Positions 17,015 to 23,934 of a stretch of DNA of 24,247 nt are shown piece after piece. Every line of letters starts with the position of its first letter. Within the stretch, counting starts at the first letter, position 1. The stretch is from a virus. Its lineage: Duplodnaviria > Caudoviricetes. The DNA lies in IMG/VR virus record IMGVR_UViG_3300025103_000157, positions 1-24,247 of that record, one strand, 5' to 3'. The position numbers and the translations under genes were made by a program. Under the pieces are notes generated by a model. It made no database searches, was not told where the DNA came from, and saw only the letters and a list, made by a program, of their open reading frames with translations.

Positions 17015-17731
17015 CTATAGCGACTCTGCGTACTTCACCAGTGACTGGTGAATGTCCAACCAGGCCTCTCTATGTGCTTGGGCATCTGCGAGTAAACCCA
17101 CATTAGCCATTGATGTTAATTCCTTAGCCAGTTCCTCTCGGAAAGGCATCCACCGTTGGTGACTGTCACCAAGGGCTTTCTTATTACTCTCGAAGGTTGC
17201 TTCCACAATCTCCTTAGCAGTGACTAAGGCTCCTGCCTCAATCCTGTTTGCGTTCGCTAGGAACGAGTTCGCCAGTGCAAGGGCTTCGAGCCGTTTGCTA
17301 GACGATGTTACTTTGTCGCACCAAGAGGCAATCTTAGATGATAGGACGTTCTCCGGGGGAGCATCGCCAATAACTAGCGTATGAGTTGCAAGGTCACAAC
17401 TGTCACCAAGGCCACAGGCAATGATGAAAGTAAATGTCCCCTTTGTGCCACTACTAAAAACAATCCGCTTCCCACCATCGATCACAAGAAGGTTGTCAGT
17501 CGAGGGAGTTACAAGCCATTTGAAACTCATTGCGGACGACTTCTCAACAGATATGACAACTAGATCACCGACACCAGCTCGTGATGGTCCTTCGACAATC
17601 AACTTGGCGTCTGCTTCTTGTGAGATTGCCTTGACAGTTCCTTGTCCGCTAATAGACGTAGTGTAGCGAGTCGGGGCCGAGATGCCAACCAAGATAAGGG
17701 CGACTGTCAGTGCGATAATTTTAATGTTCAT
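17015..17731 (-). CDS. Secreted protein: signal peptide, Ig/PKD-like domain, helical C-terminal domain
   Basis: MNIKIIALTVALILVGISA; VEGPSRAGVGDLVVI...FKW...GTFTFII...HTLVIG beta-sandwich pattern; GGGAG RBS. Confidence 0.75.
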   Translation of the reverse strand: MNIKIIALTVALILVGISAPTRYTTSISGQGTVKAISQEADAKLIVEGPSRAGVGDLVVISVEKSSAMSFKWLVTPSTDNLLVIDGGKRIVFSSGTKGTFTFIIACGLGDSCDLATHTLVIGDAPPENVLSSKIASWCDKVTSSSKRLEALALANSFLANANRIEAGALVTAKEIVEATFESNKKALGDSHQRWMPFREELAKELTSMANVGLLADAQAHREAWLDIHQSLVKYAESL

Positions 17732-17808
17732 TTGTTTTCTCCCATGCTCTCTCTGGCGCAGGAGAGACTTCGCATCAGAACGCGCCAGTCAGTTTATATG
17801 CCGTGAAT

Positions 17809-17840
17809 AAAAAAGACAGGGGGCCGAAGCCCCCATGTCT
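17809..17840 (-). terminator. Strong intrinsic terminator after holin
   Basis: AGACAtGGGGGC-TTCG-GCCCCCTGTC-TTTTTT, cUUCGg tetraloop. Confidence 0.88.
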
Positions 17841-17846
17841 CATGTC

Positions 17847-18044
17847 TTATTTAACACCTTGGATGGGTTCTTTGGTCATGAGACGTAAGATTACGTTCAT
17901 TACACCAATGACTGTTCCACCAAGTGCTACAATCTCTGGGTTGTTGGCAAGCAATGCGCTGTCCATCAAGTAAGTACCAATGCTAACCGCTGCTGTGATT
18001 GCGTTGGCCCAGAAAGTTTTCGATTTGATAAGGCCTTTGCCCAT
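17847..18044 (-). CDS. Putative holin (65 aa, two TM helices; in-frame 99-aa form from 18146)
   Basis: KSKTFWAN...TM...TM...NVILRLMTKEPI pattern of small phage holin-like proteins; AAGGAG RBS. Confidence 0.7.
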   Translation of the reverse strand: MGKGLIKSKTFWANAITAAVSIGTYLMDSALLANNPEIVALGGTVIGVMNVILRLMTKEPIQGVK

Positions 18045-18145
18045 ATTAGAATCTCCTTCAGATTGTTGGAAAAACCGATCTATTGACGGTTTTAAGACAT
18101 AATAGAGGACAGTCTGCCATGTCTTAGTCCACATAGACTTAAACA

Positions 18146-18697
18146 TTACTTGTCGCCCTCACGTTTTGTACCTGCTTCTTCGATAGCGACAACAAGACGC
18201 TCAAGCAGTGTGTCCATTCGTTCTTCTTTATCTTCCAATCCGTCCAGTTCTTCATCTAGAACCTGAGCGAAAGTGGAAGCGAGCTGACGTAGCTCATCCT
18301 TGCCCAACACAAGACCAAGTTGCTGTTGCAACTTCATCAGAGATGTCTTCATGGACTCCAGCCGCTGCACCAATTGGGTAAACGGGCCGATAGCCATCAT
18401 AATATCTTGATCCGTGTGGATCATGCTTAACCGACGCTCAAGCATGGCGTGGGTCAGTGCAATTTCGTCTTTCAGGTCGAGGTAGTGGGCGTCGTTGTTC
18501 TGACGCAAGTAACTCTGCCTGATTTGTTCGTTGTCAATAAGGTAACGCTCTATCCGCTTCTTGGATGCTTGGCGTTCTCCATGTCCTTTGGAGTGGTATG
18601 AACACTTGTCAGTCCCTTCGACCGACAGGTACTCACACTGGCCGTCAGGCGTGGTCGCCTTGCAACGACGTGGGTCATCTGGTCGGCATTTGCTCAT
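18146..18697 (-). CDS. Putative terminase small subunit
   Basis: First late gene; N-terminal RCKA...QC...KCSYH Zn-type motif; LKDEIAL and helical C-terminal half; GGGAG RBS; not adjacent to terL so function is inferred. Confidence 0.6.
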   Translation of the reverse strand: MSKCRPDDPRRCKATTPDGQCEYLSVEGTDKCSYHSKGHGERQASKKRIERYLIDNEQIRQSYLRQNNDAHYLDLKDEIALTHAMLERRLSMIHTDQDIMMAIGPFTQLVQRLESMKTSLMKLQQQLGLVLGKDELRQLASTFAQVLDEELDGLEDKEERMDTLLERLVVAIEEAGTKREGDK

Positions 18698-18747
18698 ATA
18701 ATAATTCTCCCGCCTTTTGGCATGGATTTTGCAGTATGTGTGATGTG

Positions 18748-18767
18748 TCTATTATTTAATAGAACCA
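18748..18767 (-). promoter_or_regulatory. Putative late promoter/operator motif, copy 2
   Basis: TCTATTAtttAATAGAACCA; 18/20 match to 7390-7409; about 50 nt upstream of first late gene. Confidence 0.6.
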
Positions 18768-18814
18768 AAAGACGCTTTTTATGCAATTATTTTTGGAAAT
18801 CGCCCTAATTTTAC

Positions 18815-18842
18815 TTGATTTACACTGTATTTCAGCTATACT
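18815..18842 (+). promoter_or_regulatory. Sigma70-like promoter
   Basis: TTGATT-16 nt-TATACT with AT-rich upstream sequence, ahead of the plus-strand operon. Confidence 0.6.
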
Positions 18843-18874
18843 TAGGTAAATCAATCAACTTACACGGAGAAAAC

Positions 18875-19366
18875 ATGAAGTACGACATTCTAGATTCACT
18901 ACGCCGCGTCCCCCAGCTAGACGGAAAGTATCGCTATATCCCGATTTTCACGGTCCCGGCTGGCACAATCATCCAGTTCGAGACGACTGACATTCTGACA
19001 CCCGGCGAGCGAGAAGACAGAATCCTGAACACCAAGAAGGAAGAATATGACGTTCTGACGGCCCCAGCGGGCCGCTACGAGCTTCGGACGACCGAGATGC
19101 CCACAATGTCGCTCCGAGGGCCGGATGGCTCTACAGAGGACGTCAGCCCCCTTCACAGGGTCATGGCGGCGGGTAGCCTATTCACGGCCAACCTCGACCG
19201 GAACCACGAGTACCCAGATATGTACAACGAGGAGTGGGCTACGACTTGGCGTCTCCGAACAGGTGTGATCACTTCGATAACACTCCCACAGGTTGGCATT
19301 AGACTACACTGTGATGACTTTTTACGACACCCTGAGGCAATTTTACGACGTGCGGAGGTAATTTAA
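18875..19366 (+). CDS. Hypothetical protein (163 aa)
   Basis: GGAG RBS before ATG 18875; TAATG coupling to next gene. Confidence 0.75.
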   Translation: MKYDILDSLRRVPQLDGKYRYIPIFTVPAGTIIQFETTDILTPGEREDRILNTKKEEYDVLTAPAGRYELRTTEMPTMSLRGPDGSTEDVSPLHRVMAAGSLFTANLDRNHEYPDMYNEEWATTWRLRTGVITSITLPQVGIRLHCDDFLRHPEAILRRAEVI

Positions 19367-19782
19367 TGAGCGACAGCAAAGAATTAGAAGAGTTAATGGG
19401 AAAATATACACCAGAACAGGTGGAGATGTTCCAAAAACTGGCTACTTTACAGTATTCACAGGCAACCTATGCTGCAAACCTGCAAAAAGACGAAGAGGTC
19501 CACCTTGTGGAGATCCAACAGAAGCGGGCTGTGACCAAACTGGCTGACTACCAAGTCGAGCTGGTCAAGGACTCGATGCGGCCCCATATGCAGTACAAAG
19601 CCGATATCGGGCAAGAGCCTACATCCGGTGCGTACTACTGTAAGCTGCCTGCGGTCTTGGACATCTTCGACGATGCGGAAGAGAGCAGCAATATCGTGGC
19701 CTACGGCTCAACGCCTGCTGAGGCTTGTGATAACTTCGATACACTTTGGGTGCAGGGCCGGTACGGGAGGGACAATGTTTAG
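19366..19782 (+). CDS. Hypothetical protein with C-terminal HicB-like motif
   Basis: 138 aa; GGAGG RBS; YYCKLP...IVAYGSTPAEACDNF resembles the HicB N-domain GxTxxEA motif. Confidence 0.65.
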   Translation: MSDSKELEELMGKYTPEQVEMFQKLATLQYSQATYAANLQKDEEVHLVEIQQKRAVTKLADYQVELVKDSMRPHMQYKADIGQEPTSGAYYCKLPAVLDIFDDAEESSNIVAYGSTPAEACDNFDTLWVQGRYGRDNV

Positions 19783-20308
19783 TCACGATCAACTACAAAA
19801 GCTGATGGGGACGGCGTACAACCTCGCCACGGAGTCTCCGTGTCCTTCGTCACAAAATGGTGCGATCATCGTTAGCCGGGACGCTGAGGGGCTTATATCG
19901 CCTATCTCGAAGGGTAACAACCACTACTACCGGGGAATCCCCGAGGTAACCAACGGCAACCGTGAGGAACGCCTTGCTGCGATAGAACACGCGGAGCGGG
20001 ACGCAATCTACAATGCTGCGGCACGTGGTGTGAAGCTGCAAGGTAAGATCATGATCTGCCCGTGGGTGGCCTGTGCCGACTGTGCCCGCGCCATCATCGG
20101 CAGCGGCATTGAGGCGGTGGTCTTCCATAAGGAAAGATATGACTTGACACCGGACCATTGGCGTGATATACTGGATACTAGTCTCCACTGGTTACAGGAT
20201 GCAGGTATCTACTTGTTCCAGTACGAGGGAGCAGTTCCCGGTGCGAAACCTATTTTGATTCAAGGGCGACAGTGGTCTCCCGCAAGTTTAACATTCATTG
20301 GAGAATAA
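19775..20308 (+). CDS. dCMP deaminase (cytidine/deoxycytidylate deaminase family, 177 aa)
   Basis: SPCPSSQNGAII, HAERDAI, CADCARAIIGSGI; GGAGG RBS before ATG 19775. Confidence 0.9.
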   Translation: MFSHDQLQKLMGTAYNLATESPCPSSQNGAIIVSRDAEGLISPISKGNNHYYRGIPEVTNGNREERLAAIEHAERDAIYNAAARGVKLQGKIMICPWVACADCARAIIGSGIEAVVFHKERYDLTPDHWRDILDTSLHWLQDAGIYLFQYEGAVPGAKPILIQGRQWSPASLTFIGE

Positions 20309-20309
20309 C

Positions 20310-20762
20310 ATGAGCGAACACGTAGATAATATGATTCAGTCCGAGGTCAACTACCTAACTGACCAAGGCAAAGGCTTCGACACAGCAGTTAACATTGTGT
20401 TGATTGCACGTAAGGCTTTCAACGACATCGTTAGCCAGTACCTCGAAGAAGGTAAGCAGGACACACTGCCGCTGGTTCGGGCCTTGGCCGGGCACCTTAG
20501 CTACTTCCGCATGGTAAACGATGCACCCTGTTCCTCGGAGCAAGACGACAGCAAGGTAGACTTCGGGTCGTGGGCGTTCTGCCTTAACGATCTGGTCACA
20601 GCAGCCGAGGTGTTGATCACTACCGGTGAGGCCGAAGACCTGTGTTGCAAGATCACAGAGATCGAGACTTTGTGCCGGGGTTGGTTGTCTCAGTACCACG
20701 TTGACATCGAGCAGCGTGAGGGTTACGAAGTAGAAGATGAGGTGGAAGATGACTCCGAGTAA
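20310..20762 (+). CDS. Hypothetical protein (150 aa, acidic C-terminus)
   Basis: GGAG RBS; abuts the deaminase stop. Confidence 0.75.
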   Translation: MSEHVDNMIQSEVNYLTDQGKGFDTAVNIVLIARKAFNDIVSQYLEEGKQDTLPLVRALAGHLSYFRMVNDAPCSSEQDDSKVDFGSWAFCLNDLVTAAEVLITTGEAEDLCCKITEIETLCRGWLSQYHVDIEQREGYEVEDEVEDDSE

Positions 20763-21012
20763 AACATTCGCATACGCCGTAGAGTTCACAGAGTGCCTGC
20801 ACAGGCCGGAATGGGAGCCTCTGTACATAGAGGTCTCTTTCCCAGGACATGCGGTTAGGAAGGTACTCGCTGCGTCTGAGACTATGCAGACTGGGCAGAT
20901 GCGTATCCGTCGAATCACCAGTGGTGTCGAGCTGATCGAACTGATGATGGACTTGGAGTACGTCGTCCAGCCGGGTTGTGAGCAAGTGGGTCTTGACTTA
21001 CCGGAGGCCTAA
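20749..21012 (+). CDS. Hypothetical protein (87 aa)
   Basis: GAGGTG RBS; short overlap with previous gene. Confidence 0.65.
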   Translation: MTPSKTFAYAVEFTECLHRPEWEPLYIEVSFPGHAVRKVLAASETMQTGQMRIRRITSGVELIELMMDLEYVVQPGCEQVGLDLPEA

Positions 21013-21013
21013 C

Positions 21014-21223
21014 ATGACCAGTGGACATTTCGAACACGTACACGTATACTACAGACGGTCTACGGGTACACGAGTCAGAGAAGTGATTCGAACTAAGGGG
21101 TTCAGCAACGTGCCGGACCCGAAAGCACCGGAGGGGTTCGTCCTGCTCTCGCACTCCACGGAGTACAAGGCAGGCGTGATGCCTAAGAAGGATGATGATT
21201 TTTGGGATTGGAGTTCACTATGA
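21014..21223 (+). CDS. Hypothetical protein (69 aa)
   Basis: GGAGG RBS; abuts previous stop. Confidence 0.65.
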   Translation: MTSGHFEHVHVYYRRSTGTRVREVIRTKGFSNVPDPKAPEGFVLLSHSTEYKAGVMPKKDDDFWDWSSL

Positions 21224-21393
21224 GTAAGATTATAAAAGCCCCATGCACATTCGCTGTGCTGCCCCTAATGTGTAAGCTCATTCGAGTGGAAACAGCAGAG
21301 GTTAAGGGCTACGGACGAGTTATGGAGATGATTAACGATGGTGACGCTGAGATAGCTACCATAGAAATGGAGAAATACGATGAAATTGGGTGA
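21220..21393 (+). CDS. Hypothetical protein (57 aa)
   Basis: GGAG RBS; ATGA overlap. Confidence 0.6.
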   Translation: MSKIIKAPCTFAVLPLMCKLIRVETAEVKGYGRVMEMINDGDAEIATIEMEKYDEIG

Positions 21394-21511
21394 TTTTTTA
21401 GATAGTTTACTGCTTTTTTGCTGTTATTTGGCGATTATTGTAGCTATTGGCTACACTTCGGTGTGGGTCTACGCCTCGATGATCACATTTGCTCTACGGT
21501 TAGGGGAATAA
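21380..21511 (+). CDS. Small membrane protein (43 aa, MKLGDFLDSLLLFCCYLAIIVAIG...)
   Basis: Hand-translated, below ORF-track cutoff; GGAG RBS; hydrophobic. Confidence 0.6.
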   Translation: MKLGDFLDSLLLFCCYLAIIVAIGYTSVWVYASMITFALRLGE

Positions 21512-21512
21512 T

Positions 21513-21656
21513 ATGTTTAGAACATCGCCAACTAAGGTTATTCGTGAGATGTTGCGTGGTTTCGGGTGGGGATTAGGTGCTGGACTGGTAATTGCCATCA
21601 CTGCCTACTTCGCTTGGGAGTGTGCGGACGGTTTAAGGGAGGCATTGGGACTATGA
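21513..21656 (+). CDS. Small membrane protein (47 aa, ...GFGWGLGAGLVIAITAYFAW...)
   Basis: Hand-translated; AGGGGA RBS; single TM with Gly-zipper; ATGA overlap with next gene. Confidence 0.6.
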   Translation: MFRTSPTKVIREMLRGFGWGLGAGLVIAITAYFAWECADGLREALGL

Positions 21657-21790
21657 GTACTAGAAAAGAGTGGGCCGGTGGCAAAGGCGACCGTCCGAGG
21701 AAGGTAGACCGCAGAAAAGTGCGTGACAACTTTGACAAAATCGACTGGACTAAGAAAAAGAAGGAAGAAAAAGATGAAAAACAAAAATAA
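21653..21790 (+). CDS. Small basic protein (45 aa, GKGDRPRKVD...NFDKIDW)
   Basis: ATGA-coupled start; motif recalled from small phage hypothetical proteins (unverified). Confidence 0.7.
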   Translation: MSTRKEWAGGKGDRPRKVDRRKVRDNFDKIDWTKKKKEEKDEKQK

Positions 21791-21938
21791 TCTCTTGCTA
21801 TTGGCTGGAATCGTGCTATACTTTAGTATGCCCATGGCGTTAGCCGTCTATGTGGCGACTTTTCCACAGACAAACCAATTTTACGGCCCACAGAAAGCAG
21901 AAATGCTGTACGGCCTCAACAGGAGTGACAGAAAATGA
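21774..21938 (+). CDS. Small membrane protein (54 aa)
   Basis: MKNKNNLLLLAGIVLYFSMPMALAVYVA; AAGGA RBS. Confidence 0.6.
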   Translation: MKNKNNLLLLAGIVLYFSMPMALAVYVATFPQTNQFYGPQKAEMLYGLNRSDRK

Positions 21939-22027
21939 CGAGAAACGTAACTTTCGGAGCGATTTTGCTCTTTGTATCCGGTCTTTTGTTGGCAGCACTG
22001 AGTGTTTACTTCAGGACAGCAGTATGA
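21935..22027 (+). CDS. Small membrane peptide (30 aa, MTRNVTFGAILLFVSGLLLAALSVYFRTAV)
   Basis: Hand-translated; AGGAG RBS; ATGA overlaps at both ends. Confidence 0.6.
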   Translation: MTRNVTFGAILLFVSGLLLAALSVYFRTAV

Positions 22028-22371
22028 TACCCGTAATCAAAGGCATCAAGTGGGACGGCAAGGTACTTCGGTACTTTGCTTGGAAGGTTTGCTCCCTCCG
22101 CAGCGATGCAACCGGGCCAATCGCCTTGGTTAACGCATTTTGTGCTGACGGAGAGTGGGATACCTTCTTTACCAGTCCGCTATCCGAGAAAGACACCCGT
22201 GCCGCCTGCTCTACACTTAACCGTGCGTGCGATGGCTTGAAGTTTTGCCCTGAATACGGTCTGTATGTCCGTGTGATCCTAGAAGGCAGGTGCAAGGTAA
22301 TCAGAGAGAAACAAATCGAGAAACGAGAAGAGGAACGCAATGAGCGAAGACAACAAAATCGAGCCACCTAA
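22024..22371 (+). CDS. Hypothetical protein (115 aa, MIPVIKGIKW...)
   Basis: AGGA RBS; ATGA-coupled start. Confidence 0.65.
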   Translation: MIPVIKGIKWDGKVLRYFAWKVCSLRSDATGPIALVNAFCADGEWDTFFTSPLSEKDTRAACSTLNRACDGLKFCPEYGLYVRVILEGRCKVIREKQIEKREEERNERRQQNRAT

Positions 22372-22504
22372 GGACTGCCTGTGGTGTGACAAGTCCTTGG
22401 AGGACTGTACGTGCATCGTAGACGCCATCCGCCGGTTCGACGGTATGTTTGGACGTCTGGAAAACCCAATGGATCAAATCAACAGGAAATACAATGAAGG
22501 CTAG
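22340..22504 (+). CDS. Small Cys-rich protein (54 aa, CLWC-x6-CTC)
   Basis: Hand-translated; GAGGA RBS. Confidence 0.6.
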   Translation: MSEDNKIEPPKDCLWCDKSLEDCTCIVDAIRRFDGMFGRLENPMDQINRKYNEG

Positions 22505-22652
22505 TCAAGATGCACCCGGACAGTGTACCAACTGTGGAGTAATCACAGGGGTTCGCACTGACGGGTTATGTAACGACTGCCTCAACGCTCAGAGAGATGC
22601 TGAGAATAATGGGGCCTTGGCAGCAATCTTAATGCTTTTTGGATGGCTATGA
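22494..22652 (+). CDS. Small Zn-ribbon protein with hydrophobic C-terminus (52 aa)
   Basis: CTNC...CNDC; AGGA RBS. Confidence 0.6.
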   Translation: MKASQDAPGQCTNCGVITGVRTDGLCNDCLNAQRDAENNGALAAILMLFGWL

Positions 22653-22978
22653 TGAAACACATATACTTCATACTGGACCCGGCGACTCGGGAGATCGTAA
22701 AGATCGAGACCCACGAGACCGAGGACTTCTGGGAGCTAACTGTAGGACTGGAGTTCTGCCGTAAGACCGCCCCGATGAACAAGTTCTCCGAATGGGTCGC
22801 AAGTTACGGGGAGCGTGACTGGTCCTACGATGTTGGCGTTTCGCCGCCAATGGACTCGTTGGCCGCAGAGGTGGAGCGTCGTCGATTGATCCGCAAATAC
22901 TTGCCGAGGTTCACGCCCAACTGCCCACTGCTGGATCAGGTGGAGTTATTGTACGGGCCAAAAAATTTAGGAAAATAA
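22649..22978 (+). CDS. Hypothetical protein (~109 aa)
   Basis: ATGA overlap; exact start among 22643/22649/22652 uncertain. Confidence 0.65.
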   Translation: MMKHIYFILDPATREIVKIETHETEDFWELTVGLEFCRKTAPMNKFSEWVASYGERDWSYDVGVSPPMDSLAAEVERRRLIRKYLPRFTPNCPLLDQVELLYGPKNLGK

Positions 22979-22979
22979 C

Positions 22980-23008
22980 TTGACAGCCCGGCCAGCCCGT
23001 GCTATACT
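22980..23008 (+). promoter_or_regulatory. Strong sigma70-like promoter
   Basis: TTGACA-17 nt-TATACT with extended -10 TG and A-rich UP-like tract. Confidence 0.85.
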
Positions 23009-23038
23009 ATAATATCAACCAACCAAGAAAGATAAAAA

Positions 23039-23287
23039 ATGTTCAAGAAAATCAAATCACTATTCCGCTCCTCCCCGGCCCCCTCCTCTTGTGCAGGCGA
23101 GTGTGGCACGGTCAAGATGGTCGAGGCCCTCGTGGACAAGATCAAGGCCGATCGAGATGTCTGCCAATGCGGGCTGACCTGTACCGAGAGGAACGAGATC
23201 CGCATGTCGCAAGAGACGTCCGGCAAGCTGGCCGCACGGTACAATATCTCCCGCGAGGATGTCCGCCGCATTCGGAGGTGTAGCTAA
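23039..23287 (+). CDS. Small protein with C-terminal HTH-like segment (82 aa)
   Basis: LTCTERNEIR...SGKLAARYNISREDVRRIR. Confidence 0.65.
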   Translation: MFKKIKSLFRSSPAPSSCAGECGTVKMVEALVDKIKADRDVCQCGLTCTERNEIRMSQETSGKLAARYNISREDVRRIRRCS

Positions 23288-23439
23288 TGATTACTGAAGC
23301 ACAGCTACGGGCGGTTACCTCGATCCGGGGTGAGCCGGTCAGTATTAAGAAGGTAGTCAAGACCAAAAAACGAAATTACGTCATCTTCAAGTATCGGGAT
23401 GGCCGCACGACTGAAATCGACTTTAAGGAAGAAAAATGA
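23287..23439 (+). CDS. Small basic protein (50 aa, MITEAQLRAVTSIRGEPVSIKKVVK...)
   Basis: Hand-translated; GGAGG RBS; TAATG and ATGA coupling at its ends. Confidence 0.7.
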   Translation: MITEAQLRAVTSIRGEPVSIKKVVKTKKRNYVIFKYRDGRTTEIDFKEEK

Positions 23440-23636
23440 ACAATAACGAAATCGCCAACGAACTAGCCAGCCTCAGTGTCCGATTGACTACACTTGCGTA
23501 CAAGCTCAAGCGTCGCTCTTTAAGTGAGGCCCAGCGTCTCCAAATCAGTACGGCGTGGGGCAGCGACGAGCAGGTGGCTCGGTGGAACGACGTGGACGTC
23601 GAGACCGTGCGGATGCTCCGAAATGTCACTGAGTAG
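23436..23636 (+). CDS. Small protein with C-terminal HTH-like segment (66 aa)
   Basis: LSEAQRLQI...SDEQVARWNDVDVETVRMLR; AAGGA RBS. Confidence 0.65.
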   Translation: MNNNEIANELASLSVRLTTLAYKLKRRSLSEAQRLQISTAWGSDEQVARWNDVDVETVRMLRNVTE

Positions 23637-23702
23637 GGAGTGGCCCACGAAACGCGTTGATACACACCTTTTTCAGAAAAATTATTTTTTAGGCTTGACA
23701 GG

Positions 23703-23876
23703 ATGACCGATACAAACCCCCGACCCGGCAGAACCGATTTAACCCCACCCCCGGTTCAGAAGCAACCAGGGCAGCACCCGCGGCCCTGCGACCAGTGCCG
23801 GAGCTACAACGATTGCAACCTAGTCCACGTGTCGGGGGTGACATGGCTGTGTCGGGAGTGTCAGGAGGCCCTGTAG
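23703..23876 (+). CDS. Possible small Zn-ribbon protein (57 aa, PCDQC...WLCREC)
   Basis: Hand-translated; two CxxC pairs; no clear RBS. Confidence 0.5.
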   Translation: MTDTNPRPGRTDLTPPPVQKQPGQHPRPCDQCRSYNDCNLVHVSGVTWLCRECQEAL

Positions 23877-23904
23877 CCCCTGACGCGGTGGGCATGGGGA
23901 TTTT

Positions 23905-23934
23905 TTGACAAGCACCTCAAACACTGCGTACAAT
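23905..23934 (+). promoter_or_regulatory. Possible sigma70-like promoter reading into repeat array
   Basis: TTGACA-18 nt-TACAAT; the -10 coincides with the first repeat unit. Confidence 0.5.

Noticed and set aside
274-18759. Numerous plus-strand ORFs over the late region (e.g. 2434-2973, 11960-12388)
   Set aside because: Antisense shadows of well-supported minus-strand genes, with no recognisable motifs
19628-19774. 49-aa N-terminal extension of dCMP deaminase
   Set aside because: Overlaps the upstream gene; ATG 19775 has a GGAGG RBS and matches the family's start
23695-23725. TTGACA as a sigma70 promoter
   Set aside because: No -10 hexamer at 16-18 nt spacing
18917-23895. Minus-strand ORFs over the early region (e.g. 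20355-20918, 22011-22367)
   Set aside because: Antisense to a fully tiled, RBS-supported plus-strand operon
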